From a virus, in IMG/VR virus record IMGVR_UViG_3300020185_000011: 64,000 bases of DNA. One strand, given 5' to 3'. Each line of letters begins with the position of its first letter. The first letter of the stretch is position 1. Position numbers and translations under genes: made by a program. Below are positions 29,757 through 39,859 of the stretch, in pieces. The notes beneath the pieces are model-generated. The model made no database searches and had not been told where the DNA came from. It was given only the letters and a program-made list of their open reading frames with translations.

Positions 29757-31100
29757 ATGAAAACTTTCTCAGAACTACTCGACCCAAAACTAGAAGATAT
29801 CAAACTAGATATCCCTTCATTAAATGAAGCACTAGAAGTTAAAGACTTGCCTTCAGAAGTAATCGATGGTTTAACAATTGAGAAACATAAGAAATCTAAT
29901 AGTAAGACTACAGTTTTTGTTGTCAAGACACAAGACAGAGACGGTGATAGAGACGAGGTAGAAAAGAAGTTAAGGAATGCAGATATCACTGCAGAGGTGA
30001 AGGGAAGTTCCCTATCAAGTTTTGACCCTATCTTCATCCCATCATTGAATGGAGACCGTGCAATCATCATGTTTAAACCCAAGAGTGGTGGCATGAATGA
30101 GACAACACTAAACTCAAGTATCACAGAGTTGTTCCCTTGTATTGCATGGGAGAAAGGCTACAAACCTAGTTCAGTTTCATCATTCTATGAGTGGATACTT
30201 GAACAGAATGTAGATAAGTTAAAGTGTGTTGGTAGTTCAGACAAACAAGCTGCAAAAGACTTCATTGCACAGGCAGAAGACTCATCTAAGTTTCAAGAGA
30301 AAGTAGAGAATGCAATAGGTATTACAAAGTATATCTATGATGAAATGAAAGCGAAGTCAATCAAGAATGTTTTTTGGGGATACCGTGCAAAACCAGCTGG
30401 TGTTCCATCCAAACATCCAGGCGACATCTTCCTTCAGTTTACGGATGGTGCAATCTTAGGAACCTCTCTCAAAGCAGGTGGTAAGAAAACTTCTGAACCT
30501 AAACTCAACACATATGTTAACCCAATCTTTCAAGCATTTAAAGAAGGAAGCAATGTACCTAAGTTATCTCAGAAGTTACATAAAGAAGTATACTCTAAGA
30601 TTGAGGGTATGCCTTCTGCAAAAACATATGACAGTAAAGATAGAAAGATTACCCAACAAGTCCTAAAGGATTTTGATAAGAATAATAATGGTAAGTACGA
30701 ACAGTACTATAACGAACACTTAGAGATAGTCAGGCAAGCACTGATAGACCTATTCAATAAGAATGGTAAACAGGGTGGGAAAGCATTCGACTATATAAAG
30801 AAAGAGATTTTACGTGAAGCCCCAGGCGTACCAACTAAAGTAATTAAGGGTATCGGTTCCACGTATGAACAGGTTACAGATGATGATGAACTCGGAGTAT
30901 TTTTACCAGTAGTTAAGTTCATCAAAGCAGAAGCTTCAAAGTCATCAAAACAGAATTGGTTCCTACACCTTGCATCGAAAGATACAACGTACACCATGCA
31001 GATGTCAGTGAGAACTAACAAGGCAGGACATGCTGGACTTAAGAAACTCGGACAATTTTATAACCTTGCCGTAAAATATAACGGACTACTAAAGAAATAA
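29757..31100 (+). CDS. Late protein with PD-(D/E)xK-like motif, possible packaged nuclease
   Basis: TAAATA-N5-ATG start; MKTFSE..LNEA N-terminus; HPGDIFL...GTSLK motif. Confidence 0.5.
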   Translation: MKTFSELLDPKLEDIKLDIPSLNEALEVKDLPSEVIDGLTIEKHKKSNSKTTVFVVKTQDRDGDRDEVEKKLRNADITAEVKGSSLSSFDPIFIPSLNGDRAIIMFKPKSGGMNETTLNSSITELFPCIAWEKGYKPSSVSSFYEWILEQNVDKLKCVGSSDKQAAKDFIAQAEDSSKFQEKVENAIGITKYIYDEMKAKSIKNVFWGYRAKPAGVPSKHPGDIFLQFTDGAILGTSLKAGGKKTSEPKLNTYVNPIFQAFKEGSNVPKLSQKLHKEVYSKIEGMPSAKTYDSKDRKITQQVLKDFDKNNNGKYEQYYNEHLEIVRQALIDLFNKNGKQGGKAFDYIKKEILREAPGVPTKVIKGIGSTYEQVTDDDELGVFLPVVKFIKAEASKSSKQNWFLHLASKDTTYTMQMSVRTNKAGHAGLKKLGQFYNLAVKYNGLLKK

Positions 31101-31102
31101 TT

Positions 31103-31720
31103 ATGTACCAATTGATAGAAGAAGCCTCAAAGGTGTTAAGAACACCACCCCTCGTATTTGATTTCGAAAATCGTACCGATGCTGAAGAGATTGAAAAATC
31201 TTTAACAGAAGCAATGGAAAAGTTTGGTGGAATCGGTCTAAGTGCAAACCAAGTAGGATTGGATGCAAGAGTTTTTGTAATGAAATCTCAAGACCAAGGG
31301 ATAGTTGCATTTTTTAATCCCGAAATAACAAAGGTATCACAAGAGACCGACTTGATGAAAGAAGGATGCTTATCGTTTCCCGATATATACCTTATGATAA
31401 AACGTGCAAAGTTGATTGAGTTGAAGTATCAGAACGCACAAGGTGAAGATAAAGTGGTCAGTCTAGAAGGTCTTGCCTCTAGATGTGTCCAACATGAAGT
31501 TGACCATCTAAATGGTATCATCTTCCTACAACGTGCATCTAAATTGAAGTTAGATAGAGCATTGAAGTCACGTCCCAAAGAACGTGCAAAGAGAATAGAA
31601 TATGAAAAACGACAAGCATTTGCAAAGTACATCCAAAACAGTGCTGCAGCCAATAGTGATTCCCAACCTTCTGAGTCAGAAGGACAGTCTGAATCTGATA
31701 AACTATCATCTACAGCATAA
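31103..31720 (+). CDS. def: Peptide deformylase
   Basis: GIGLSANQVG, EGCLS, QHEVDHLNG. Confidence 0.95.
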   Translation: MYQLIEEASKVLRTPPLVFDFENRTDAEEIEKSLTEAMEKFGGIGLSANQVGLDARVFVMKSQDQGIVAFFNPEITKVSQETDLMKEGCLSFPDIYLMIKRAKLIELKYQNAQGEDKVVSLEGLASRCVQHEVDHLNGIIFLQRASKLKLDRALKSRPKERAKRIEYEKRQAFAKYIQNSAAANSDSQPSESEGQSESDKLSSTA

Positions 31721-32273
31721 ACATTTAAGAACAGTTGGTGACGGTTCTGATTATCGTGCTATAGACTTTTGTCACATAAAGACTCCATGGGTTCGTGATA
31801 TCTTTAGACGTTCTGCACAGGTCTGTACATCCCACATCTTTAAAGAAACAGGACAACATTTCTATCCCGAAATGTTAGCACTCAATGAATGGGACATAGG
31901 TGGGGTTCAGAACCCACACTTTGATACCTATTCCAACTCAGAAATCAATGAGAATGCTGTTCCCGAAGAGGGAAACTCTAGGGAATGGACGTGTATTCTG
32001 TATCTAAATGACAATTATAACGGTGGACAGACCTATTTTCCACCCAGTGAGACCTTCCCAGTTGGCCATGAGCATCCCCCACAGGCCGGTGAGGGACTTC
32101 TTTTTCAAGGACTATACCTTGAACATGGGGTTTATCCAGTAAGAAGAGGCCCAAGACACACCATATCCATGTGGTTTACAGACATCGAAGATAAGATTAT
32201 CATCGATACACCCATCAATCTAGACCAAAACCAACACCAAATCCAAAGAGAAAACTCCTACATCCCCCGCTAA
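31602..32273 (+). CDS. 2OG-Fe(II) oxygenase, prolyl 4-hydroxylase-like (start uncertain)
   Basis: HFD, LYLNDNYNGG, HGV, RHTISMW. Confidence 0.8.
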   Translation: MKNDKHLQSTSKTVLQPIVIPNLLSQKDSLNLINYHLQHKHLRTVGDGSDYRAIDFCHIKTPWVRDIFRRSAQVCTSHIFKETGQHFYPEMLALNEWDIGGVQNPHFDTYSNSEINENAVPEEGNSREWTCILYLNDNYNGGQTYFPPSETFPVGHEHPPQAGEGLLFQGLYLEHGVYPVRRGPRHTISMWFTDIEDKIIIDTPINLDQNQHQIQRENSYIPR

Positions 32274-32277
32274 TCGT

Positions 32278-32310
32278 GCCTTGACAATGCCCTAAGCTTT
32301 TTGATATACT
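32278..32310 (+). promoter_or_regulatory. Early sigma70-type promoter
   Basis: GCCTTGACA-N18-TATACT; near-identical copies at 32525-32557 and 35226-35258. Confidence 0.8.
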
Positions 32311-32338
32311 ATGTGTATATTATGAAAAAGGATGAGGG

Positions 32339-32524
32339 ATGAAGTACCTAAAAGAGATTACGGACTGGACTGAGTCGAAGTCTACAGTTCCAAACCATAC
32401 TTACATAGTCAACGATGCTGGACAACTAGTTGGATACATCAAGACTGGAACCAAAGAAGAAATCATCTTCAAATCTCCAATGAAACAATTCTCTAAATCA
32501 AGGAGAAAATTTATTACGCTCTAG
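32339..32524 (+). CDS. Small early hypothetical protein
   Basis: Lies between two early promoters; GAGG SD. Confidence 0.6.
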   Translation: MKYLKEITDWTESKSTVPNHTYIVNDAGQLVGYIKTGTKEEIIFKSPMKQFSKSRRKFITL

Positions 32525-32563
32525 GCCTTGACAATGCCATGCAGCTAATGATAGCATATACTT

Positions 32564-34960
32564 ATGACTGAGACAAAAAGAAACCAAAAAGACCAACTTG
32601 CCAAACTAATGGCAACCGAGAACATTACTATTGTTCATAAACCAATACCAACTGCATACTTCGATGTAAAGAATAGGATACTTGCTTGTCCTACTTTCAA
32701 AGATGATATCAGTGACGAACTTTATGACTTGTTCATGGGTCACGAAGTTGGACATGCATTGAATACACCTTACGAGGGACTTCATAATGCATTGACTAAA
32801 AACAAAACACTCAAAGGATATCTCAACGTTGTTGAAGATGTCAGAATTGAGAAAGCAATCAAAAACAAATTCCAAGGATTGAGAAAATCTTTCTACACTG
32901 CATACAATGAGTTGATGGAAAAAGATTTCTTTGGTCTTAAAGGTAAAGACTTAAACACACTTTCTTGTATTGATAAAATCAACTTGATTACTAAGTGTGG
33001 TTCTAGGGTTCAAATTGAGTTGACCGACCAAGAGCAGAAGTTCTTGGACATGGCAGAAGCCTGTGTCACTTGGGAAGACGTTGAAGTTTGTGCTGAAGAA
33101 ATTTACAACTGGTCAAAAGAAAATGAGACTAGGGATGAGAGTGACGAAGCAATCGTTCCTAAAATGTTTCAACTTGATGATGAAGACCTTGAAGATGAAG
33201 ACATGGAAGGTGAAGATTCAGATGGTGGTGAAGAGTATGAAGATAATTACGAAGATGGTTCTTCAGACGAAGACGATTCAGAAGATGATGAAGACAAACT
33301 TCCCGAAGCACCCGAGTATGGTGAGGGCAACCAAGACATAGAAGGTGACGAAGACGAAGTAGAAGAAGAAGAGAAGTCTGAGAAAAAAACTACTGGAACT
33401 TCTAAAGAAGGTGGTGTTGCAAGTCCCGAAGATTACGATGGTGAAAATGGTGCTAGAGAATCTATCACTGAACACCATGCACATAACAACGAAGAAATGT
33501 TCCTTGAAGATAGCCCTGCTTGGAGAGAGCAAATCAATCTAAGAGATACTTTCAAGAACAACGATATGGATATTATTATTGGTCACAACCAAGTGTTATC
33601 AGACTGGAAAAAATACTTCAACGAGTATGCTAAGAACAACACTTCAAAAGAATTTGAACACAACATGTCAAAAATCCAGTTCACTGCCAAGAAACTTATT
33701 GACAAGAACAAGAAGATTGTTGCTCACATGGTTAAAGAATTCGAAATGAAGCAGACTGCACAAAGAAGTGTTAAAGCTTTCAGTGGTAAAACTGGTAAGT
33801 TGGATATGAACAAACTTGCAAAGTACCAAATCGTTGATGATGTTTTCAAGAGAGTTACTTACTTGCCTGATGGACAGAATCACGGTCTGAATGTTTTACT
33901 TGACTGGAGTGGTTCAATTTCAAACAGTTGTGCTGAGTTACTGGAACAAGCAATTATCCTTTCAGAGTTCTGCAGAAAAGCAAACATCCCTCACAGAGTT
34001 TACCTTTTCTCTGATGCATATCAGAGAGGTGAGTGGAGTTCAATGGGTGACGAAGGTTTCCTAGTTGAATTGTTCTCTAACGAAATGAACAACAAGAAGT
34101 ACAAAGAAATGATGGTGAATGTTGCAGCTCTATGGATGTGTCACTTCCTAGGAAAACTAGGTTGGAGAGGTAGTGAGAAAACTGCAAAGGCTCACAATAC
34201 ATTCTATGACTGGGACAGTGGTTTTGCAATTGACCACATTGACCAACCTTACTTTTGGTTCGATACCGATATCAGACCAATGCAGTATAGACTTGGTGGT
34301 ACACCACTTGACCATTGTTTGATTGCCTTGAGAAAAATACTTCCCGAGTTCAACAGTGCTTACGGAGTTGAGAAGTCAATCTTAACAGTTATCACAGATG
34401 GATTCTCACATGGAAGTCCTTGGTTGAGAAGAGATAGTGATGAAAAGTATGCTTGGTGTAAAGAGCAAGGTATTGACGCTTGGGACGTTCAGACTGTCGA
34501 AGAAATCATTGACCCTTTCTCAAACAAAGTATTTGAATACAGTGGTGCAACAAGCCACAGAGGAAGATATTACAACGCTTCTAATTTCAAGAAGACTCAG
34601 AACTTATTGTCATGGTTGTCTAAGACTTGTAACGTCACTGTGACTGGTTACTTTGTTTTAGACAAGAAGAGAGATATGGGTGACCTTATGGGATTCACTT
34701 CTTTAAAAGATACATGGTGGGATAACGACAGACAAATCTGGGCTGAGATTAGAAAGAATGGATTGGTTGTTGACTGTCACGGCTACAACAAAATGTTTTT
34801 GACTGCAACTTCTTCACTTGGTGTTGATGGTTCAGACGAATTAGATGATGATTTGGTTGATGCCAAAAAGTCAAGAGTGTTGGCTGCTTTCAAAAAGAAT
34901 CAGAAAGCAAAAACAACTTCAAGGTTTTTAACAAATGAGTTTATAAAGGAGATATCATGA
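32564..34960 (+). CDS. HEXXH metallopeptidase-like + acidic linker + vWA protein (CobT-like partner)
   Basis: HEVGH, NVVEDVRIE, D/E-rich linker, MIDAS DWSGS, GGTPL, VITDG. Confidence 0.8.
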   Translation: MTETKRNQKDQLAKLMATENITIVHKPIPTAYFDVKNRILACPTFKDDISDELYDLFMGHEVGHALNTPYEGLHNALTKNKTLKGYLNVVEDVRIEKAIKNKFQGLRKSFYTAYNELMEKDFFGLKGKDLNTLSCIDKINLITKCGSRVQIELTDQEQKFLDMAEACVTWEDVEVCAEEIYNWSKENETRDESDEAIVPKMFQLDDEDLEDEDMEGEDSDGGEEYEDNYEDGSSDEDDSEDDEDKLPEAPEYGEGNQDIEGDEDEVEEEEKSEKKTTGTSKEGGVASPEDYDGENGARESITEHHAHNNEEMFLEDSPAWREQINLRDTFKNNDMDIIIGHNQVLSDWKKYFNEYAKNNTSKEFEHNMSKIQFTAKKLIDKNKKIVAHMVKEFEMKQTAQRSVKAFSGKTGKLDMNKLAKYQIVDDVFKRVTYLPDGQNHGLNVLLDWSGSISNSCAELLEQAIILSEFCRKANIPHRVYLFSDAYQRGEWSSMGDEGFLVELFSNEMNNKKYKEMMVNVAALWMCHFLGKLGWRGSEKTAKAHNTFYDWDSGFAIDHIDQPYFWFDTDIRPMQYRLGGTPLDHCLIALRKILPEFNSAYGVEKSILTVITDGFSHGSPWLRRDSDEKYAWCKEQGIDAWDVQTVEEIIDPFSNKVFEYSGATSHRGRYYNASNFKKTQNLLSWLSKTCNVTVTGYFVLDKKRDMGDLMGFTSLKDTWWDNDRQIWAEIRKNGLVVDCHGYNKMFLTATSSLGVDGSDELDDDLVDAKKSRVLAAFKKNQKAKTTSRFLTNEFIKEIS

Positions 34961-35226
34961 GAGACCCATTAAGAGTAGATGAAGCGTATTACATTAGCCA
35001 CCAAACTGATTATTCAAAGTTTGCAGATGCAGTTATGGATGTTGGGCCTGCCCCATGCACCTTCCACAATTGTTCGAAGATTAATGAATGTAAAACTGAA
35101 GAGAAGGAATGTTTTGCATTTAGGATTTGGGTCAATAAAGGTGAGAACTATCTGACTGAGAAAAACAAGAAGGGTTTAATTAAGTGTGTTGAGAAGATGG
35201 GAACTAGATTCGAGTCGCTGAAATAG
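34957..35226 (+). CDS. Small Cys-containing hypothetical protein
   Basis: AAGGAG SD; CxxxxC..C..C pattern. Confidence 0.55.
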   Translation: MRDPLRVDEAYYISHQTDYSKFADAVMDVGPAPCTFHNCSKINECKTEEKECFAFRIWVNKGENYLTEKNKKGLIKCVEKMGTRFESLK

Positions 35227-35295
35227 CCTTGACAGTGCCATCGGCTTTTTGATATACTATAAAAGATGAGAAAAGAATTGAAAAACGGAGAGACT

Positions 35296-36534
35296 ATGAT
35301 AAATTCAATTGATATAAACGGTAAGAAATTCTCTTACACACCCGACAGGGCGGAGTTTTTGGGAGAACTCGTTTCTAAATTCCCTAACCAAACGTCCTTT
35401 GGAAGGAAGGAAATCAAAGATGCATTTGATGGATACTTCCCTTCATGGATAAAATCCTCGAAGTATAACTTCAAAGAAGCTCAAGAGACTGGGCCTTTGT
35501 TGTACAATCTTCAGGCTGTAATTACTGGATACAATGGTGGGTACTCTGAGTCAGCACCCCAACCTGCTCCAGCACCAGTCGTTGCAATTACTCCACCGAG
35601 TAATATGCCAGTGGCTGCACAAACAGAGTCAGTTAATCTACTCGATGATGAAGTTAAAATCATTCCCGAGAAGATGTCTAACTATGTTCCTTTTGGACAT
35701 TTCAGAGATGTCAAAAATATTATTAAATCCAAAATCTTCTTTCCAGTATTCGTTACTGGTCTGAGTGGTAATGGTAAAACTCTTATGATTGAACAAACTT
35801 GTGCTCAATTGAAGAGAGAACTTTACAGAGTCAACATCACCATCGAAACCGATGAAGATGATTTGATGGGTGGCCACACTCTTGTTAATGGTAACGTTGT
35901 CTTCAGAGAAGGCCCTGTTATCAAAGCAATGAGAAAAGGTGCTGTCCTTCTTCTTGACGAAGTTGACTTGGGTTCAAACAAGTTGATGTGTCTACAATCA
36001 GTTCTTGAAGGTAAAGGATACCTAATCAAGAAAACTGGTGAGTGGGTTTCACCTAAAGATGGTTTCACAATCCTTGCAACTGCAAACACGAAAGGTCAAG
36101 GGTCAGACGATGGTAAATTCATCGGGACTCAAATCATGAATGAAGCAATGTTGGAAAGATTTGCAATCACGATGCAACAAGAATACCCACCAGTGAAAAC
36201 TGAGAAGTCAATCCTTGCAAAAGAAATGGAATTGACTGGTGCCGTTGATGAAGACTTCGTTGAGAAGCTTGTCGACTGGGCTGACATAATCAGAAAGACA
36301 TACTACGAAGGTGGTATCGATGATGTTGTCACGACTAGAAGGTTGGTTCACATTGTCAATGCATTCAGAATGTTCAATGACAAGTTGAAGTCAATCACAA
36401 TGTGTATTTCAAGATTTGATGAAGAGACTAGGAGTTCAATCCTTGACCTCTACTCCAAGATTGATGCTGGAGTTGACTTGAATGCTGAAGCTGAAGAAAC
36501 TTCAGAAAACCCTGTTGACGAAACAGGGTACTAG
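35296..36534 (+). CDS. MoxR/CobS-like AAA+ ATPase
   Basis: GLSGNGKT, LLLDEVD, ATANTKG, NEAMLERF; GGAG SD before ATG 35296. Confidence 0.85.
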   Translation: MINSIDINGKKFSYTPDRAEFLGELVSKFPNQTSFGRKEIKDAFDGYFPSWIKSSKYNFKEAQETGPLLYNLQAVITGYNGGYSESAPQPAPAPVVAITPPSNMPVAAQTESVNLLDDEVKIIPEKMSNYVPFGHFRDVKNIIKSKIFFPVFVTGLSGNGKTLMIEQTCAQLKRELYRVNITIETDEDDLMGGHTLVNGNVVFREGPVIKAMRKGAVLLLDEVDLGSNKLMCLQSVLEGKGYLIKKTGEWVSPKDGFTILATANTKGQGSDDGKFIGTQIMNEAMLERFAITMQQEYPPVKTEKSILAKEMELTGAVDEDFVEKLVDWADIIRKTYYEGGIDDVVTTRRLVHIVNAFRMFNDKLKSITMCISRFDEETRSSILDLYSKIDAGVDLNAEAEETSENPVDETGY

Positions 36535-36549
36535 GAGTATACTAGTAAC

Positions 36550-36834
36550 ATGTCAGTAAAAATAAACTACAAATACAATGAGAAGGAACTCCTATCGGAG
36601 TTCTCTTCCTACATTGATAAGACATACGGTGAACACTATTCCAAAGATAGATTTCAGGCAACTGAGTTTATCATGGATGGTGGCCACGGTGAAGGATTTT
36701 GTATCGGTAACGTGATGAAATATGCACAACGATACGGCAAGAAGGATGGATATAATCGTGCCGACCTTCTCAAGGTTATCCATTACGGATTCCTTGCATT
36801 GTACAACCACGATACCTATAAGGAGACTAACTAG
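36550..36834 (+). CDS. Conserved T4-like protein (DUF3310-like)
   Basis: TYGEHYS, GFCIGNVMKYAQRYGKKDG, DLLKVIHY. Confidence 0.7.
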   Translation: MSVKINYKYNEKELLSEFSSYIDKTYGEHYSKDRFQATEFIMDGGHGEGFCIGNVMKYAQRYGKKDGYNRADLLKVIHYGFLALYNHDTYKETN

Positions 36835-37505
36835 TGATGAAAATTAGTAATGATACGAAGGATGTTCTAAAGAACTTCTCTACAATCAACTCGGGCATTC
36901 GAGTCAAAACAGGCAATAAACTGGAAACTATTTCCAATATGAAAAACATTCTTGCAGTTGCAACTGTGGCTGAGGACTTTCCTCAAGACTTCAGTATATA
37001 CAACTTGCCAGAGTTCTTAGGTGCAACGTCTTTAATGGACGACCCCGACTTCCAATTCAATGATTCATCATTGTCTGTGGCAGATAACAATTCCTCATTG
37101 TCATATTTCTATGCAGCTGAAGGAATGGTAACTGCACCCGAAAAAATGATAACCATGCCAGAGGCAGAGATTACTTTCAAAGTAACGTCAACTCTATTGA
37201 CCGACCTTAAGAAAGCTGCAGCTGTCCTAGGTGTTAATGATTTGATTCTCAAATCAGATGGTATCACAGTGACATTGATTGTCACAGATAAGAAGAGTCC
37301 TACTTCAAATACATTCTCAAGAATCGTAGAAGCTGAAGCAGATGGAACTTCTTATGAAATGAATTTCAAGATGGAAAATCTTAAGATTCTAGATGGTAAC
37401 TATGATGTTCAAGTATCATCAAAAGGTATATCTCATTTCAATAATGCAGATGTAGACTTAGAGTATTTTATTGCACTGGAGCCAGATAGCAAATACAATG
37501 TATAA
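36834..37505 (+). CDS. gp45: Sliding clamp
   Basis: LKNFSTIN, IYNLPEFL, YFIALEPDS. Confidence 0.9.
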   Translation: MMKISNDTKDVLKNFSTINSGIRVKTGNKLETISNMKNILAVATVAEDFPQDFSIYNLPEFLGATSLMDDPDFQFNDSSLSVADNNSSLSYFYAAEGMVTAPEKMITMPEAEITFKVTSTLLTDLKKAAAVLGVNDLILKSDGITVTLIVTDKKSPTSNTFSRIVEAEADGTSYEMNFKMENLKILDGNYDVQVSSKGISHFNNADVDLEYFIALEPDSKYNV

Positions 37506-37521
37506 CCTATATAATAGTAGT

Positions 37522-37612
37522 GTGAATATTGTGCCAGTCTCTGCAATATACGCGGGAGTAGTCCTCACTCATCATTGGGTGGACTGCACTGCAAACTCGG
37601 TGGGGGGTTTGT
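37522..37612 (+). promoter_or_regulatory. Structured 5' leader (three hairpins) of the clamp loader gene
   Basis: ATATTG/CAATAT, GTAGTCC/GGACTGC and GCAAACTC/GGGTTTGT stems between TATAAT (37510) and ATG 37617. Confidence 0.5.
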
Positions 37613-37616
37613 TCTT

Positions 37617-38555
37617 ATGAATGAGTTTCTCTATGTAGAAAAGTATCGTCCACAAACAATTGAAGAGACGATACTGCCAAAGGAACTTAAAGATACCTTT
37701 AAGGAATTTGTCAAGAATGGAGAAGTACCTAATCTATTATTGTGTGGGTCAGCAGGTGTCGGTAAAACGACAGTTGCAAAAGCATTGTGTAACGAACTCG
37801 GTGCAGACTTTATAGTAATCAATGGTTCCGATGAAGGACGTTTGATTGACACACTCAGAACAAAGATTAAGAACTTTGCATCTTCGGTTTCATTATCGGG
37901 TGGTGCAAAGGTCGTAATCCTAGACGAAGCAGATTACATTTCTGCAGACTCAGTTCAACCAGCTTTGAGAAACTTTATAGAAGAGTTCTCGTCCAACTGT
38001 AGATTTATCTTTACATGTAATTACAAGAATAGGATTATTCCACCATTACATTCTAGAACTACAGTTATCGATTTTGGTATTACACCAAAACTAAAACCAC
38101 AACTTGCACAGCAGATGTTGGATAGATGTATACGAATATGTGTACAAGAAAACATTGAGGCCGATGAAAGAGTTCTTGCAGAACTCATCATGAAATTCTT
38201 CCCCGATTTTCGAAGAGTCCTCAATGAGATTCAACGATACGGTGCAAGTGGTGTTATTGATAGTGGGTTAATTTCAACTCTCTCCGAAGAGAAGTTAACC
38301 CCCTTGATTAATAACATCAAAGAAAAGAATTGGTCAGCCATGAGAAAATGGGTTGGTACTAATTCAGATAATGACTTTAATACATTATTCAGAAAAGTTT
38401 TCAATGCGTTAGAATTACAATTGGAGCCCCAATCAATTCCAGCGTGTGTGTTAATTATTGCAGACTATCAATACAAGTCTGCATTTGCAATGGATTCAGA
38501 GATAAACTTTGTTGCTTGTCTAACTGAAATCATGGGAGAATGTAAGTTCAAATGA
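37617..38555 (+). CDS. gp44: Clamp loader large subunit
   Basis: VEKYRP, GSAGVGKT, LDEAD, PLHSR. Confidence 0.95.
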   Translation: MNEFLYVEKYRPQTIEETILPKELKDTFKEFVKNGEVPNLLLCGSAGVGKTTVAKALCNELGADFIVINGSDEGRLIDTLRTKIKNFASSVSLSGGAKVVILDEADYISADSVQPALRNFIEEFSSNCRFIFTCNYKNRIIPPLHSRTTVIDFGITPKLKPQLAQQMLDRCIRICVQENIEADERVLAELIMKFFPDFRRVLNEIQRYGASGVIDSGLISTLSEEKLTPLINNIKEKNWSAMRKWVGTNSDNDFNTLFRKVFNALELQLEPQSIPACVLIIADYQYKSAFAMDSEINFVACLTEIMGECKFK

Positions 38556-38812
38556 CAGAACATAACGAGAGAGTAGAACGACAAAGACTATTACTAGAAG
38601 CTGAAGAATGGGCTAGTGGTGTTAAATCCATCCATGCACATTCATTCACTTCAATGTGGTACGACACTAGACGTAATGATGGTTCAGTACTGGACGTTGA
38701 ATACAACAACGGTGTCGTACAAAGAACAATAAAGTCAAGCGGTGAGATTATTTACTTTGGTGAAGCTCTTACTGGTCAAGCACTACTCGACTCTTACATA
38801 AGAAACACTTAA
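38552..38812 (+). CDS. Hypothetical protein inserted between gp44 and gp62
   Basis: ATGA overlap; 86 aa ORF. Confidence 0.55.
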   Translation: MTEHNERVERQRLLLEAEEWASGVKSIHAHSFTSMWYDTRRNDGSVLDVEYNNGVVQRTIKSSGEIIYFGEALTGQALLDSYIRNT

Positions 38813-38813
38813 A

Positions 38814-39206
38814 GTGTCGAAACGTAATCCATTCGATTTTGTTAAATCGGTCTCTTCCGATAAAACTGATATCATGGTTGATGATATCGAAGAGAAAGCA
38901 TATCAACCATTCCTCATAAACAAATCTTTGTCTTACCACCAAGATTCTGTTTTCTTTACTAACGAAATGAATTGTCGCCACGGTCTAGACAACCGTCTTC
39001 AGTATGTGTTTTTCCTAAATACTTTACGAAAACGACAAAGATTTTCTAAGTGGTCTAAACCATATGTTAGTAAAAAACTCGATGTCGTAAAAGAATATTA
39101 TCAGATGTCAACAAGAGAAGCAAAAGAATTGTATACTCTCTTATCTGATAAAGAATTACGTGAGTTGAAGAACAGAATGAATACTGGTGGTAATAACAAT
39201 GGATGA
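38814..39206 (+). CDS. gp62: Clamp loader small subunit
   Basis: YQPFLINKSLS, NEMN, RKRQRFSKW. Confidence 0.85.
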   Translation: MSKRNPFDFVKSVSSDKTDIMVDDIEEKAYQPFLINKSLSYHQDSVFFTNEMNCRHGLDNRLQYVFFLNTLRKRQRFSKWSKPYVSKKLDVVKEYYQMSTREAKELYTLLSDKELRELKNRMNTGGNNNG

Positions 39207-39609
39207 TGCACAAGAAAAAATAGTTTCAGAATTAGTCGAAGTAACCTTCCCCGAGAAAGATGATTTCCTAAAGATAAGGGAAACACTATCACGCATAGGT
39301 GTTGCGTCTAGAAGAGAACAGGAACTATTCCAATCTTGTCATATCTTACACAAGCGTGGTCATTACTACATCACTCACTTCAAAGAGTTATTCAAACTCG
39401 ATGGTAAACCTACAAACATAGATGAGTCTGATATTGGTAGAAGAAATACTATCTGTAAGCTTCTAGAACAATGGAAACTCGTTACTTTGGTTGACCCTTC
39501 TAAGATAGTAGAACCATCTGCACCCCTTTCCCAAATCAAAATTATTCCATACAAAGAGAAATCTAACTGGAAATTGACCACAAAATACTCTATTGGTGGG
39601 TCTAAATAG
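39199..39609 (+). CDS. regA: Translational repressor
   Basis: DDFLKIRETLSRIG, QSCHILHKRG, HFKELF. Confidence 0.95.
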   Translation: MDDAQEKIVSELVEVTFPEKDDFLKIRETLSRIGVASRREQELFQSCHILHKRGHYYITHFKELFKLDGKPTNIDESDIGRRNTICKLLEQWKLVTLVDPSKIVEPSAPLSQIKIIPYKEKSNWKLTTKYSIGGSK

Positions 39610-39645
39610 ATAAATACCTCTGTTAATAACTAACGGAGAAAACAT

Positions 39646-39840
39646 ATGTGGGATTTTATAAGTAGTATTTGGGCATTCATGTCAGCAATACCAGCGATTA
39701 TTTCTATATGTTCAGTCATTGTAATGATGACGGACACACCAAAAGACGATGCTATTTGGGCGAAGTGCTATAAATACATAGAAGTCTGTGCTCTAGCAAT
39801 AGGTAAAGCAAAAGACAAGAACCCATTACTTGATAAGTAA
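39646..39840 (+). CDS. Small late membrane protein
   Basis: Late boxes at 39602/39610, GGAG SD, hydrophobic N-terminus, TPKDD motif. Confidence 0.6.
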   Translation: MWDFISSIWAFMSAIPAIISICSVIVMMTDTPKDDAIWAKCYKYIEVCALAIGKAKDKNPLLDK

Positions 39841-39859
39841 TTTAATTTAGGAGAACATT

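Noticed and set aside
31602-31720. 119-nt overlap between def and the next oxygenase
   Set aside because: The oxygenase start is uncertain and the overlapping def tail is low-complexity, so there is too little evidence for a functional dual-coding region.
33170-33400. Asp/Glu-rich low-complexity tract
   Set aside because: Ordinary acidic linker of CobT-like vWA proteins.
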